This document shows, one piece after another, positions 22,783-35,408 of a DNA stretch of 64,000 nucleotides. The notes beneath the pieces are model-generated. The model saw nothing but the letters and a program-made list of their open reading frames with translations, searched no databases and was not told where the DNA came from. The position numbers were made by a program, and so were the translations under genes. Source of the DNA: Entomortierella parvispora E1425 (Eukaryota; Fungi; Mortierellomycota); NCBI GenBank assembly GCA_020891255.1, contig BQFW01000015.1:1116001-1180000 (forward strand), in the 5' to 3' direction. Position 1 is the first letter of the stretch; each line of letters starts with the position of its first letter.

Positions 22783-25557
22783 CTATTCCATGTTGTGTCG
22801 AAACTGCTTCTGTCGGATCATGAACGACAGGATTACACAGATGCCAGTAAAGCCTGCACAACTGTACCAGACAAATTCTGGCATGGTGCCGACAGTCAAA
22901 GCGTAAACCCATGAGATCACGATAGGAGAGCAAACAGCCGCAATAGAGTCCACGACCTGGATTGCGCCGAGGACGGCCCCAAACTGAGAGGGCTCTACCA
23001 GGTTGGTCAAGAGGGTTTTGAGCGAAGGGGAGGAAATGATGCTGATGGCGTGCAGGGCCACAGCCAGGTAAAAGACCCATCCGACCGTGGCAAGACCATA
23101 ACCGAGGTACGTAATCGAGTTGATGGCAAAGCCGAGTCGGATCATCCAGGTATCAAATTTCATGTCGCTGAAGGTCTGTTCCTTTGTACGGACTGCAGAC
23201 GCTGTACTCTCAGTTCTCTCGGTCTTGGGTCGCTTTCCTTCAGAGGCATTGCCTGTCATCTTGGGGATGGTGGGTGATGAGAGAGAGGATGAGGAGGCCT
23301 TGGCGCTCAATGTCTGGGCAGAGTCTACCGAGGGGTGACGATGGCGTCCGTCCATGTAGGATCCGTGTCCTTCTTCATAGGAGGAAGGTACGGACGAAGA
23401 GCCATTCGCGTCATCTTCGAAATCAAAGGCAGCTTCTCCCAGACTCTGTACGCTCGAGGTGACGTCGGGATTGAGCATGAATTGGCTCGCATTGCTATTG
23501 CTCAAGAAGGTTCCAGCGTGCTGTTGCTCCAAGGCGGCTGCGGCCGCAGCCGCGGCCTTGCGTTGTTGCTTCTTGACCGATGCCTTCTTGTAATAATGTA
23601 CCAAGACAGGCAAGATGCCCAACAACGTAACAAGTCGGAACACGTTACCGATTGTGAACAAGAAGCCATCCTCGAGCTCTCCCCAGTGGAAGATCTGGTT
23701 CGTGTACAGGATAATGACGGACATTGTGCCTCGTACGGCCAGGTTTTGCAAAAAGGAAATCACAGCCAAGAGAATCAAGTTTGTGTTGCGACCGTTGGGC
23801 CAGAAAAACGCCAAGGATCGTGTAACATGCGAATGCCATGCTGCATGCTCCACGACTGCGGCAGCAGCTGGTGGCTCAATGTCCTTCTTGGTCATCTTGG
23901 CAAACAATCGCTGGATAGCCATTGGCTGTTTGGTGGGAAGAGACTCGGGGATGACAAAGATGGTCAACAAGAGGGAGACAAGGGTGATGCCCATATCAAG
24001 GAACACGATCGACAGGATTGTGCCTGTGTAGGTATAGAGACCTCCGCCCAATACAGGACTGATAGGATGAGGTCATTTTTTTTCGTTCGCACAGTGAGGA
24101 TAGTAGATCATAGACAGGTGTTAGACGCGTCAAAGTCACGAAACAAATGATAAAGGGGGAGAATCACAATGAACCTTACCCAACGGCCAACCCGACATAG
24201 AGGCCAGCATGCAGGTACGAATAGACTCTGCTTCGCTTGACTGGATCAGTGCAGTCAGCGGCGTAGGCCAAACACATAGTCGCGCCCATATTAGCGCCTC
24301 CAAGGAGACCTGTCAAGAGCGAGGAAAAGACCATCAGGGGCAGACCGATCTGATCCCAGTAGACACCCATGAGGAAGATCGCAGTCAACATCAACAGAGT
24401 GTTGACGAACTGCAGGATCATGACGATTCGCCTTCCATGCTTATCGCTCAAGGAAGAATAGTATCCGATGCTGAATGTGCCTGTTGAGTGGTACAAGGGG
24501 CAGAAAGAAAAAGGGACGAGCGGGATGGAAAAGTTAATTGTCTCGTTCCACGTCCTCCCAGCAAACAATGAGGTGAAGGAGGAATTCAAAGAAAGGGTAA
24601 AATGGGTAAACTCTCGAGGTGGCGAACGGTCCAAGGGGTCAACAGCGAGATGTCTCAATGGGTTGGTCCAGCCCCAAATTGACTTTGTCCGAGCGTAATC
24701 GTCCCCTCCCTCCCTTCACCCATTGCTCTCGGATAAAAACTTCCATTTTCCAGCTCTGTTGCGATTTTGGAGTAATCGAGTGGTCGTACACAATGGGGGA
24801 ACGATTTGCCTTTAAAAGGCAACGATGTTCGTGGTCAAGAATAGGGTCCTTGGACAACGAGAGCGCAAAAACGAGGGAGCTTCTCGGGGATTGGTCTTCG
24901 GCTTTTTTTTCTCAAGCACCGTGAAGAGCTGTTGACGCCCTTTTTTTCTTTTTCATTTCCTCTCTTCCTCTCGATTCCCATTTAGTTTTATATAGTAAAG
25001 TCATTGATGCCAAGAGGTCAAAGGACAAGATAGGCAATGAGCAATGAACAGAGAAACTTACTGGCAATACCGCCGATCACCTCGATCAGCGCCAAGGTCT
25101 TGGCCGTGAAAGCCTGGATCTCGGGTACTTGACACTCCAAGGCCGGGCGGGTCATGAATGTCTCTACAAATCCTTGTGCTGCAGTCACAGCCAAGGTGGC
25201 AGAAGAAGAGCTGCTATGTCTTGACAGGTATTCGCGACAGAGCAAAGAAGCTTGGTACTGTCCAAGGGACGAGACCAACATGCCACTGCTGACCGACGTC
25301 AACCCAAAGACCGGGAGCATCCAGAGCACGTTCGGTCGTTTGTACCATGGCAAATGCTCCTCAATAATTTTCACAAAGATCGCCGTTGGGTCCTCCTCCT
25401 CAGGACCTTTGGGTTTGGCAACATTGCTGTTGTGGTTACGAAGGAGAGGCGTATTCTCTGAAGAGTCTTCCGAACTAGGCTGGAGATGTTCACTAATCGT
25501 CAACTCGGACGGCCGGTGAGAGAGAGACCCCTTGTTAGATCCGCCGTTGCGCGCCAT
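22783..25557 (-). CDS. MFS transporter (TetA/SLC46-like); exons 25557-25062, 24480-24180, 24058-22783
   Basis: MFS motif A variant YSSLSDKHGRRIV, LAYAADCT, SPSLKTLLTNLVEPSQFGAVLGA; about 12 TM helices with a long central loop. Confidence 0.9.
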
Positions 25558-27045
25558 GGCCTTGATTGTGGAGAGAGTACGTGCAAAAAATAATTGAAAT
25601 TTGAGCTGAAGTGTTCTGGATGGATATTTGGACGAGAGAGAGAGTGCGCGCACACGAGAGAGAGCTGAAAAAAGGAGGCTGGTGTTGAAGTGAAGAAGAG
25701 AACAAATGAAGCAAGCGAATGAATGAAACTGGAAGCAATGAACAAAAGTGAATGGCGCAATGAGAACTGAAGAGTAGAGGTGCAGGAGCCCTCTCTTGTT
25801 CTTTTTTTTCTTCAATCTTAGTGGTGCTACAATGAAATGGTGCTTGTCTGACCTGACAGAGCAGCAGCAGCAAACAATGCATAGCTCAGCCGCTATGAAG
25901 GTTTGGGGGGAAGACAGACAGGGAGGATGAGAAGCGAAAAGGCCTAAAAACAGACGCCTTTGGGCTTTGAACAAGTCCCTTGCTCCTTCCCAGATCCCAT
26001 TTCGAGTGAAAAAACATAGAGAGCTCTCTCTTACATTTTTTTTTTTTTTTTTGCAGGAAAAGAAGGCTGACAAACCCACGGCTCAGACGTGATGATGGAC
26101 AAATCCGGTCATGAACCCGACAAAAAGAAAAAAAAAACTGAGACCCAGGAAACACGCGTCGATTTGGGCATTGTCATTGCAACTCACTCCCCTTGATGAA
26201 ACGAGAGCGGGAAACAATTCCACACCGATGCGAACACGCAACCCAAAGAGCAGAGAAGAAACAAGACAGCAAAGAAAGACGGGAAGGCAACGAGGGGGTG
26301 TGAGCGACAAGATTTTCAAGGGCCAGGAACAACAACATCGTCGTTGCCTGCGTTTCTTTTCTGCTTTTCTGGGTCCTGCATGAGGTACACGCTTTTTTTT
26401 CTCCCTATACATGTACAGAGTGCAGAAAAACGCCCGATCTCTCTCCTTTTTGCCCTCTACTACCTTATTCTGATCCTCTGCAGCCAGTCTATCAAACTGC
26501 ACATGCACAGCTTCATGCATAACCATGTTTTCACCCCTCCCCACCCTCCTTCCTTGTCTAGACGCGCAAAGAAGGCGTTTCTTTATTGTTCCGATGGCTG
26601 ACTCCTAAAAGGGCGTGGGAAGAACGACAGAGGTTTCCTTTTTCTTTTTTGAACGCGCCTTTTGGCAATAGTAAAAATACACCCCCTCCACCCCTCAATT
26701 TCAAGCTCCTCTTCATCTGAATTCTCTCATCTTTCTCGGTAAAATAGGTTCCCTGAAGAGATGTTATTTTATTGATGGTATTGTAACAAAAGCAAACAGG
26801 CAAAAGCAGAAGAAAAAAAAAGAGAACAGGTGCACAAAAGAAGTAGCGGAAAAAAGCAGACAACGCCAATGGTGCAGGATATCAACAAAAGAAAAAAAAG
26901 GGCGCAGAATCGACAAGAAGGAAATAAAAAACGTGCAAGCTCAAAAGCTCTACGACCCATTAGACCCATGGAAGATAGATTCCACAGGGAAAGCGCGAAA
27001 CGAGAACAAGATTGACAGAAAATACAAAACGAGAGAGAAAAAAAG

Positions 27046-30000
27046 CTATACAATGGTTGTCGACTGATCGACAGTCGATTCTGGAGAAGACGGAGATGTT
27101 GATGACGACGATGGCGAATCGGGCAAGGGCGAGGAAGGAGAGGAGGAGGCGGACGAAGGAGAAGCGTTCCCACCCTTGTTGTTGCCCCACAGCAACTGCT
27201 CAATGGCTCTGAAGTTGCTTGTCTGTATGAAATTCGGGCCATAGAGAGCCAACAGCAGCTCAATGGAGACCTGACCTGGATGACGAATCGACAGGAGGAA
27301 TGACCAGTGTGTTGGGGCGGTCTTGATCATCGATCGTAGATGAACTATAGGCACGGATGGCAAAGCAATGTCAAAAGCGCGTTAGCGTTGGGCAATAACA
27401 CTATATCTGATATCAAACCGTAGTACAAAAACAAAAAAAGGTCGCTTACTCTGAAGATTGATCACAATGTTCAATTGCTCTCGCATACGATGAAGGACTC
27501 TGGTACATTCGTCCCTGGCCTTTGAAATCTCTTCTGGCCAAGGGTCCATGATATGACATCGAAGCTCCTTCAAGGCCTGTAAGCTTCCTTGCTGAGGACT
27601 CACTGTCCCATCCTTCCACGGTTTGTACTCTGCCATATCTGAGCCTTCAGTGATCGCATGGGCTACAGGAAGAGCGACAAAAGATGCGCGTTAGTACCTC
27701 GTTCTTAAAGCTTGATATTGAGTTGTCTGAGGGCCAAAATTCTGATCCTTCTACTTACAGCGAATAATGGCTGCAGCTCGATGTTTCTTCTTTAATGCGA
27801 GATCCAACTCCAGGGGCGCCTGAGACGGCACCACTGTTGCCTCATCCTTGGCTCCAGTGTCGTTGTCAGTTTGCATGTCAAGCTCTGTTGAAGCTGGAGA
27901 GTCTAATTCTTCTGTAGGCAATGGCGTCGGCGCAAGCGTGGGTGATGGGGGGCTGGTTGCTTTAAGAGTTTTGCGCACAAGCACCAATGGCTTTGGGTTG
28001 AACACCTTGCTCCTGTTGGGCTTGCGAACATTGTCGGGTATCATTTGTCGTTTCCGTATCACCATCATTTCTTCCTCCCAAAGACCTTTCAAAAACTGAG
28101 TTGGGCAAGGGTGGTGAATCAGCTGGCGGCTCGATCTTTTCATACAGTCGTCCGTAGATTGGCTCATCGAATCGGTATCCATGTCCTTCTCGGCCCGCCA
28201 AGAAAGATCTGTTCGATCGTCCATGAGATCCCAAAAGTCTCGGACCGTCAACAATTTTACATAGGGCGAAGGTGAAAGCCGAGAAGTCCACCTTGTCGCA
28301 TATTGATGCACCTTGCGTCTCTTGACCGACTCGACCCAATCTGGGTGATCAATGGGCTTTACTCTGTTTCCCAAGGGTCCCGAAATCGCAATTGCCTCTG
28401 TAAACACTCGCTTCCGGCTCTGGGGGGTATCTGAAGCAAGAGTGGACGTATAGAGTTTCCTGTCGCTCTTGTTCCGATAGAGATGATAGCATTGTTGGAA
28501 ATGTCGAGAGCGCTCAGAGTGTCCAGCGCAGTAGCGATGCATCTCGGCTTTGGATCCTTTCTCACAAATGCCATTGCTATCTGATGGCGACGGTACTAAA
28601 AACGACGTTCGTCCACTGGACCAAGTCGAGAGGAAAAGTACTGGATCAAAAGGTAATTCTGCAGAGTGTCGACTAAAGACATCTGAAACGGCCTTGTCGC
28701 GTCCCTTTCCATTACTGGACGACCGTCGTTGATCTTCGCGTCTATGCATCATGAACTGGAGTGGGTGAACCAGATCCTGATCCTTGCCACGTTTCTTTCT
28801 CGACAGCTCCAGGTCCGAAACTGACAAGCGTTTGCGCTCAGTTCCTTCTGCGCCTCCCCGTTTTCTTCCTCCAGCTGCAGCTCCATCTTTTATCCTGAAC
28901 AAGGGTTGATCTCCATCGATATCCTCTGTTGCACTGATTTCATCCTCGTCAAATGACTCTTCCCCTCGAATCAACCGCTGAGCCTGGGAGTCGATCTGAG
29001 CCTTATTCATTTCAGGGACTGGAAAAGATGTGAGCGATGAAAAGTCAGAAGGCTCTGTCGTATTGTCTGCGTCATCCTTGTCCTGTGTCAGGGGCCGTGC
29101 TGTTGCTGCTGCTGTTACTGTTGCTGTTCCCGTTTGTCTTGTGCTCCCGTTTTCTTGGAGACCGTCCTCGTTGTGGTCGCTACCGTCTCCGCGGAGTTCC
29201 TGCAGGGGCGCCGCCGATGTTGCCGAGATGAGGTGACCCAAAAGAAGGCTTGGCTGCGCATCCACCAGAAGGTTACACGTGCGGATAAGCGACGAGGATG
29301 ACGATGAGACAGGGCCCAAGCGACTGTCGGTCATGGTGCACCTGTTATTTGTGTCGCTAGCAATTGGGGTGACAGAAACCGCAGCGTTGGTTTTCTTTGT
29401 GTGTCCTTTGATGTCCTGATCCAGGTCTTGGTCGGTCGAATTGGCGGCGTGGGGGTCAACAGAGATGGAGGACAGGGACGGAGTTGCAGGGTCAGTCAAA
29501 GAAGGTTGAGCTGTAGTAGAGCGTGTGGCTGCTGTTGTTGTGGAAGAGGGGCAGGGTGTGGTTGGATAAATGATGTGAGGATGATGATGGACAGGTGGCG
29601 GGCTCTGTTGCTGGTGCAGGTGTTGGTCAAAGACTCTGTGCGATTGCTTCTCCGACTGTTCTTTGCCAGCGGCAGCAGTTTCTGGTGCGATCCCCAGCCC
29701 TGTTTTTGCTCCATCAAGCTCTGCGCCTCGCGATGTTGTCATTACAACAGCGGAGGTACTGTTCGAACTGGGAAGGACTGCATGGAAGAGGTTGTGTTGA
29801 ACGAGCTCAAACATAGATGTGTCTGGGCTGGTTGCCTCGAAGGCTCTTGGTATAGCATCCAGGGCGGCCTCCTTTCGACTTTGGTTTGGATGGGGATCGG
29901 CTTGAGGGGAGTGGTCCAGCTCAAAGCCCGTATTGGCGTGCCCAATGGTGCGATGAAGGATTGTTTCGAGGAAGGGTTGAAGGGCAGCTGGAAGACAAGA

Positions 30001-30162
30001 GGATTGAGGGTGGACGGACAGTGTTGAGTCACAAGAGCTGTCTGGGGAGCCGAGTTTGGCTTTGTATTCAGAGGATTCTATTGTGGAGCTGGACGCTGAA
30101 GAAGGAGAGTGGGTTGGGACGGTGGTCGTAGATGGATCAGAGTGATGGGACTGAAAGTGCAT
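27046..30162 (-). CDS. Large hypothetical protein (3 exons; low-complexity N-terminus, ordered-looking C-terminal region)
   Basis: The 829-codon ORF joins via GT/AG introns to ORF 27382-27636 (MAEYKPWKDG..INLQ) and ORF 27046-27363. No known motif recognised. Confidence 0.7.
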
Positions 30163-31775
30163 CCCAGCGAACGACACAAGGGATGAGAGCCGAGCAACGC
30201 GAGGAATGTGATTCAGGAGAAGGTATGAGTGAATGAGCAAGTATTGAAGGAATGAACAAAGAGTGAGCTGGGAAGGTAAGGAGCAAGAGGACGGCAGGTG
30301 GACAGACAGAAAGGAAAGGAAGGAATAAAAGAAGAGGGAGTAAGGGAGAGATAAAGAACGAAGTTGAAGATGAGCAGTGGTTTATCTGTGGAGAGAGAGG
30401 GGTAGACGAGGTATGTTTGGGGCGTCCAGAGGAGGAAGGGCGGTCGGGAGAAGAGGGAAGACAGGTTCAAGAAAGGAGGACGAGAAGAGGGAGAGGGGCG
30501 AACGGGAAGAAGGGGAAGCCAGAGGAGAGAAGAGGAAGGGAAGCAGGCACACGACAAGCGGACGAATGGTGTCAATTGGCAATTGGGGTGTGAAGAGAAA
30601 GAGCGGACGGAGAGAAAGAGAACAAAGAAAACGCAAGCATGCACGCACACACTTACACGCACACACACACACATACACACACAAGCGCTTGCAAGGCAAG
30701 CACGAGGAAGGACAAAGGGACAAGATCTGGTCCACTGGGGCCGCACCCTTGCTCAGAGAGAGAACAAGGTCCAGTCTTCCCCTGTCTGCCCCTCCCCATG
30801 GCGCGCACTGTCCACCCCTCGCCGTGCGCCGTCTATGTCCGCGATTCGTCTCTTTTTTTCTCTGCGGTCTTTCTTTGGATTTTTGGTTTCGGGCAAGTGG
30901 GAGGCGTCGACTGCGCGTTTTATTCGTCTCGAGGGCGCTTTTATTATTTTCCTGTTTCTTGGCCTTCTTGATTCCTTGCTCGTCTGCTTCCTCGCGTTCC
31001 TTCTCTCTCTTTCTCTCTCTGCAAGCTCTGACGTATAATGGACACACCCTGACCACACGCAGGGCCCGCACGGGGCGGTGCAACCACATTACCCAACTCT
31101 CCCCCCTTTTGCAGCGCACAAGCCTGACCAACGCAGACCGACAGAGACCCAATTGCCCAGTCAGGTCAACCTGTCTGCAGCCCAACCTTGCGCCTGATGC
31201 GTGGCACAACATTGTCAGTCACCCGTGCCTGTCAGCCCGCCCCTGTCTGCTCACAACTTACCAAGGCTCGACGTCTTTTGCTCTCTCGGGTCACAGGCAG
31301 GGCGCCCATATTCCAAGTCCCTTCCTCTTCTTCCTCTACAGGCTTCTCTTTTCTTTTCCATTGCCATTCTATCATTCCCCTCGTCATTGACAGGGCATCG
31401 ATCATTACTTGTGCTCATCCTCATTCTTGATTTCATTCATTCATTTATTCATTCATTCATTCGTTTTTCTTTTCCGCCCAATTGCCGACTCCATACCCTT
31501 TTATCTTCACCCCTCTCTTCCAGTGTGGTTGTCACGAACAAGTCACGCTTCTAGCTGACAGTTCGTTTCCCGCCCTTTTTTCGTGGTTCCCCTGTCTGTC
31601 TCATTCATTCATACAACCCCGTCGACTCTACATTCGTCTCATTCTTCCCTTCCGTCTCTTTTTCACCTTCTTTATCCGCTTTATTCCGCACGCCCTTGTT
31701 CTCTTTCTTTCCCTCTTTTGTCTGCAGTGCAGCCCAATCCCAATCTCCAGAAAGAAAAATTGGAAAAAAGAAATC

Positions 31776-34700
31776 ATGACAACAAAATCCTCGCCTTCGT
31801 CTTATTACGACGATCCTTACACTCATGTCCCTGTTATCCCTCCCATCACAATTGAGTTTACAACCTTGCTCGAGCAGGATGGAGACACGAGCGAGATTGA
31901 TTCTTCAGAATCCAGAATCAAGGACTTTGAGAGACATTCCTATCTGGTAGCAAACAATGGCCGCGACTACGACTACGACTGCGATTCCAACATGGAGGAC
32001 GAGGACCATGACATGTTGGACCTTGCCGATTCGGACGTTGACCAGCCGAGGTAGAGTACCAAACCCGCTAAACCCACACACTCACGGCCAGTAGAGACCA
32101 GGGCAAACAAAAAAAAGAGCTATAAATACGGACACACTTGCGGCCCTAACAAGAAGGACAAAAACATAATTGGCGGCGAACCTTAATTCTGTGGGCGAAA
32201 GGCCCCGTCTCTTGTTGTCAACCTGGAGCTGAACCGAGGAGACGCCTGTTTGCACTGGAGGAAGGCTCGCGTAAAGACCGACCTATCCCATGATCGTCAA
32301 CGGCCGTCGTGCAAAAATACAGACTTGCCCCTCTGACGATACAAGCTTGCCTTGTTTCACAACCATTTTGGACTGCAAGCTGATCATCCCTTTGTTTCGT
32401 TTCAATTGTTTCCTCAAAGATTCGAATCAGCCATGGATAGGGAGCAGAGTGTGTATCCAACTCATCTAGCCTATGGACCCATTGACACAAAACTCGGGAC
32501 CCCTTCAGAAAAAGACCCATCAGGACGACCCTCGATCGTTGCAGCCACCACCACCACCACTCTTGCCGTCTCTTCCTTTTCCTCCGCATCTCCTGCCCAA
32601 GGGTCGGACCAGATGTCTCAGAATGATGGCTCAGGAGCGGACGAAACCGATCCTTATTATCATCCTGGAAGGACTGCCAGCACAGGATCCGATCTTGTTC
32701 AGGTGACAGTCGAGGATCTAATGATCTCGGAGGAGCAGCAAAAGGCAGTGTTGCAGGACAAGGCCACTATCCGCTCGAGACCGGCTTCGACCATGGTGCC
32801 TCAACGGAGTGGATCTTCGACCACCCTGATCACAGCCACGATCCGGAGGTCGAATGAGCCCAACAAGGCGAGGGCAACCATGTACTTTGAGGAAGAGGAA
32901 ACGGATGGTAACGAAACACAACAGCCAACTCCCATTCATGTATTGGAGGGAGGACAGGGACAAGGAGTGTCAAGCGGACAAAAAGAATCAAAAGTGAGTC
33001 CTTCGAAGGAGCCTATTGTGCAGACAAGGAAATTCGTCAGCGCCCCTATCGCCCTCCCATCCTCGACTCCTCGCCTGGCTGCACCTGCCAAACAGAAACA
33101 GCAGCAACAACAGCCTCCCAAGATCCTGACACCGGCCCAACAACGCGAAGCCGAGGCAGATGCCAATATCCAAAAGGCCATTGAGCTGCACGAGAATAAC
33201 CAGTTGGAGGAGGCGACCCATTACTTTTTCTTGGCTGCTCAGTCCGAGAACCCGTTGGGTCAGTTGATGTATGGGCTGTCGCTTCGTCACGGTTGGGTAA
33301 GTATTTGTTTGTTGTTACTATTCTCCATCTTATGAAGCTGAATGATCTGGCCAACAACTTGAATGATTCAGTTTTATTGACATTTCAATTTTTTTTTTTT
33401 GTTCATTTATTTTACAGGGATGTAAAGCCAACCCGAACGAAGCCATTGTGTTCTTGCAGCGCGCCGCAGAGTTTGCCATGGGAGAGCTTAAAGAACTGCA
33501 CCCTATCCCAAGTTCGCAGCAACAACAGCAGTCGCAGCAGCAGCAGCAGCAGCAAGGATCACCTTCCTCTGTTCCCGAGAGTCCTATGACACCTCTTCCA
33601 TCCTCCTCCACCCTTCAGTCATCGCCAGGTTCATTATCAGGACCCAAATCTGAGCCAAGGTCAGGAGCAACACCATCCACTTCTCAGTCCATGCAGTCGA
33701 ACGCTCTCAGAAGGATGGGAAGTCTGGATCGGAAGGCAGCGACGGTGATGGCGCGCAAGGAATTGGTCATGGCCCTTTATGAACTCGGCATGTCCTTTTT
33801 GAAAGGATGGGGTGTTCAAAAGGACAAGGCCGTGGCCTTCACGTACTTCAAAATTGCTGCCGATTTGGTAAGAAGCCGTTCTCTGAAGGAAGGCAGAGCG
33901 AGGGGAGGGCATCCTGTATCTGTCCATTTATTCAATCATGTATACTTATTCTACTCCATTTTTTTATCCGTCTTTGTTTAAATAGGGGGACCCTGATTCT
34001 CAAAACGAAACTGGACTGTGCTACTATGAGGGAATCGGTATCGAGAAGGACATGTATCAGTCTGCAAAGTATTACAGGATGGCGGCTGCCCAGGGTTCCT
34101 CTCAGATGGGCAATTCTTGGATCTGGAAACCCAAATACGATCAATACTGTGCGGCCGAAGTGTCGGCGGCCGAGGCCGCAGAGGCCAATGCTGCTCGATT
34201 TGCATCTCTCAACAAGATCAACAACACTCCATCGGGCGCGAGTCAAGGACAAAGGCGGTTCAGTCGTCTCAAGTTGTCTACACCCCCAAGCTCCAAGAAG
34301 GCGACTGCCTCTCCTTCTTCTTCTGGCAGTGGTGGCAGTGGGAATCGTGGCTCTTTGATGTCGCCGCGACCATCGTCCGCGTCCAACAATAGCCCCTCTG
34401 CAACAGGAGCGACTCATTCGATTCCATCGCCTCAGTACACTGTCGCAGGGATTGCCGCAGGGTTGGCTTCTGTCACGGCTGCCACCGCCATTGCCGTTGC
34501 CTCTGCATCCCCATCAGGCGGTCGTGGTCGCAGCAGCAGTCATTCGCAACCGACCAGCACCACGCTGCTTCCCTTGCCTCTTTCGCTCTCTCATACCTCT
34601 GGAACTTCCTCTTCCTCCTCCTCTAAAAATTCACCCTTGTCCTCTCCACCCATGTCCCCAGCCCCGTCACCGCCTTCACTGCCTCTTTCGCCAACTGGCT

Positions 34701-34870
34701 CGGAAAGGAAGCGGCGATGGAGTCTTTGGGGCCCTTCTAAATCCAGCTCGCCACCTTCATCGACTAACACGACTGGTGCGCCACCACCGCCGTCTCCTCT
34801 GGCCACCCTTTCAGAACAACATCAACAACAAAAATCACCTCCTCAATCCCCCATCTCTCTATCAACTTGA
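31776..34870 (+). CDS. Sel1-like-repeat protein, Dsf2/Nif1-like; exons 31776-32050, 32420-33296, 33418-33867, 33986-34870
   Basis: GQLMYGLSLRHGWGC, ALYELGMSFLKGWGVQKDK, GLCYYEGIGIEKDMYQSAKYYRMAA and GNSWIWKPKY. All four exons join in frame. Confidence 0.85.
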
Positions 34871-35408
34871 CCAAAAAAAACCTACCATTTACGTCCTTGC
34901 TTTCTTTTTTTTTTTTTTTTGAACTTTTTCTGAAAAATATAATAATTTTTGAAAATCTGAATGCGGATCAAATTCATAAAGTTCTGGAGTTGCTTTCCAC
35001 ACAAAGCCAAGGACATTCTTCAAAGCACAAATGACTTTTGTTTATGGTAGTAGAACCGGGGCGTTTTTTTTTATTGGGGGAATAATGATACATGTACAGG
35101 GCTTTTTTTTTTCTTTTTTTTTTCTTCCGAAAGGTGGAGGTGAGTGTATAAGGGAATTTTTCGAATGCAAAACGGGCAAGGATTGAAGAGAGAAAGAGAA
35201 AGTGAAAAAAAAAAGCGGGAAGGGAAAGATTAGCGAGAAAACTGTACAGTGTTGGTTATGGCCAAAATAAAACAGAGAACAAAAGAAAAGAATACAGGTG
35301 AAGTCAGAGCTGAGTAAAGAAAGCTGGTATTCATGAAGGGTAAAGAATAACAAAGGAAAAAAGACAGGGAAGTGATAAAAGACAGCGACGGAATGGTCCA
35401 GGCAGTAT

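Noticed and set aside
24795-24835. Hairpin TTGCCT-TTAAA-AGGCAA in MFS intron 1
   Set aside because: Short stem expected by chance; no RNA family motifs.
30213-31554. Many overlapping long ORFs (up to 337 aa) in the divergent promoter region
   Set aside because: Artefacts of AG/CT low-complexity, stop-poor sequence.
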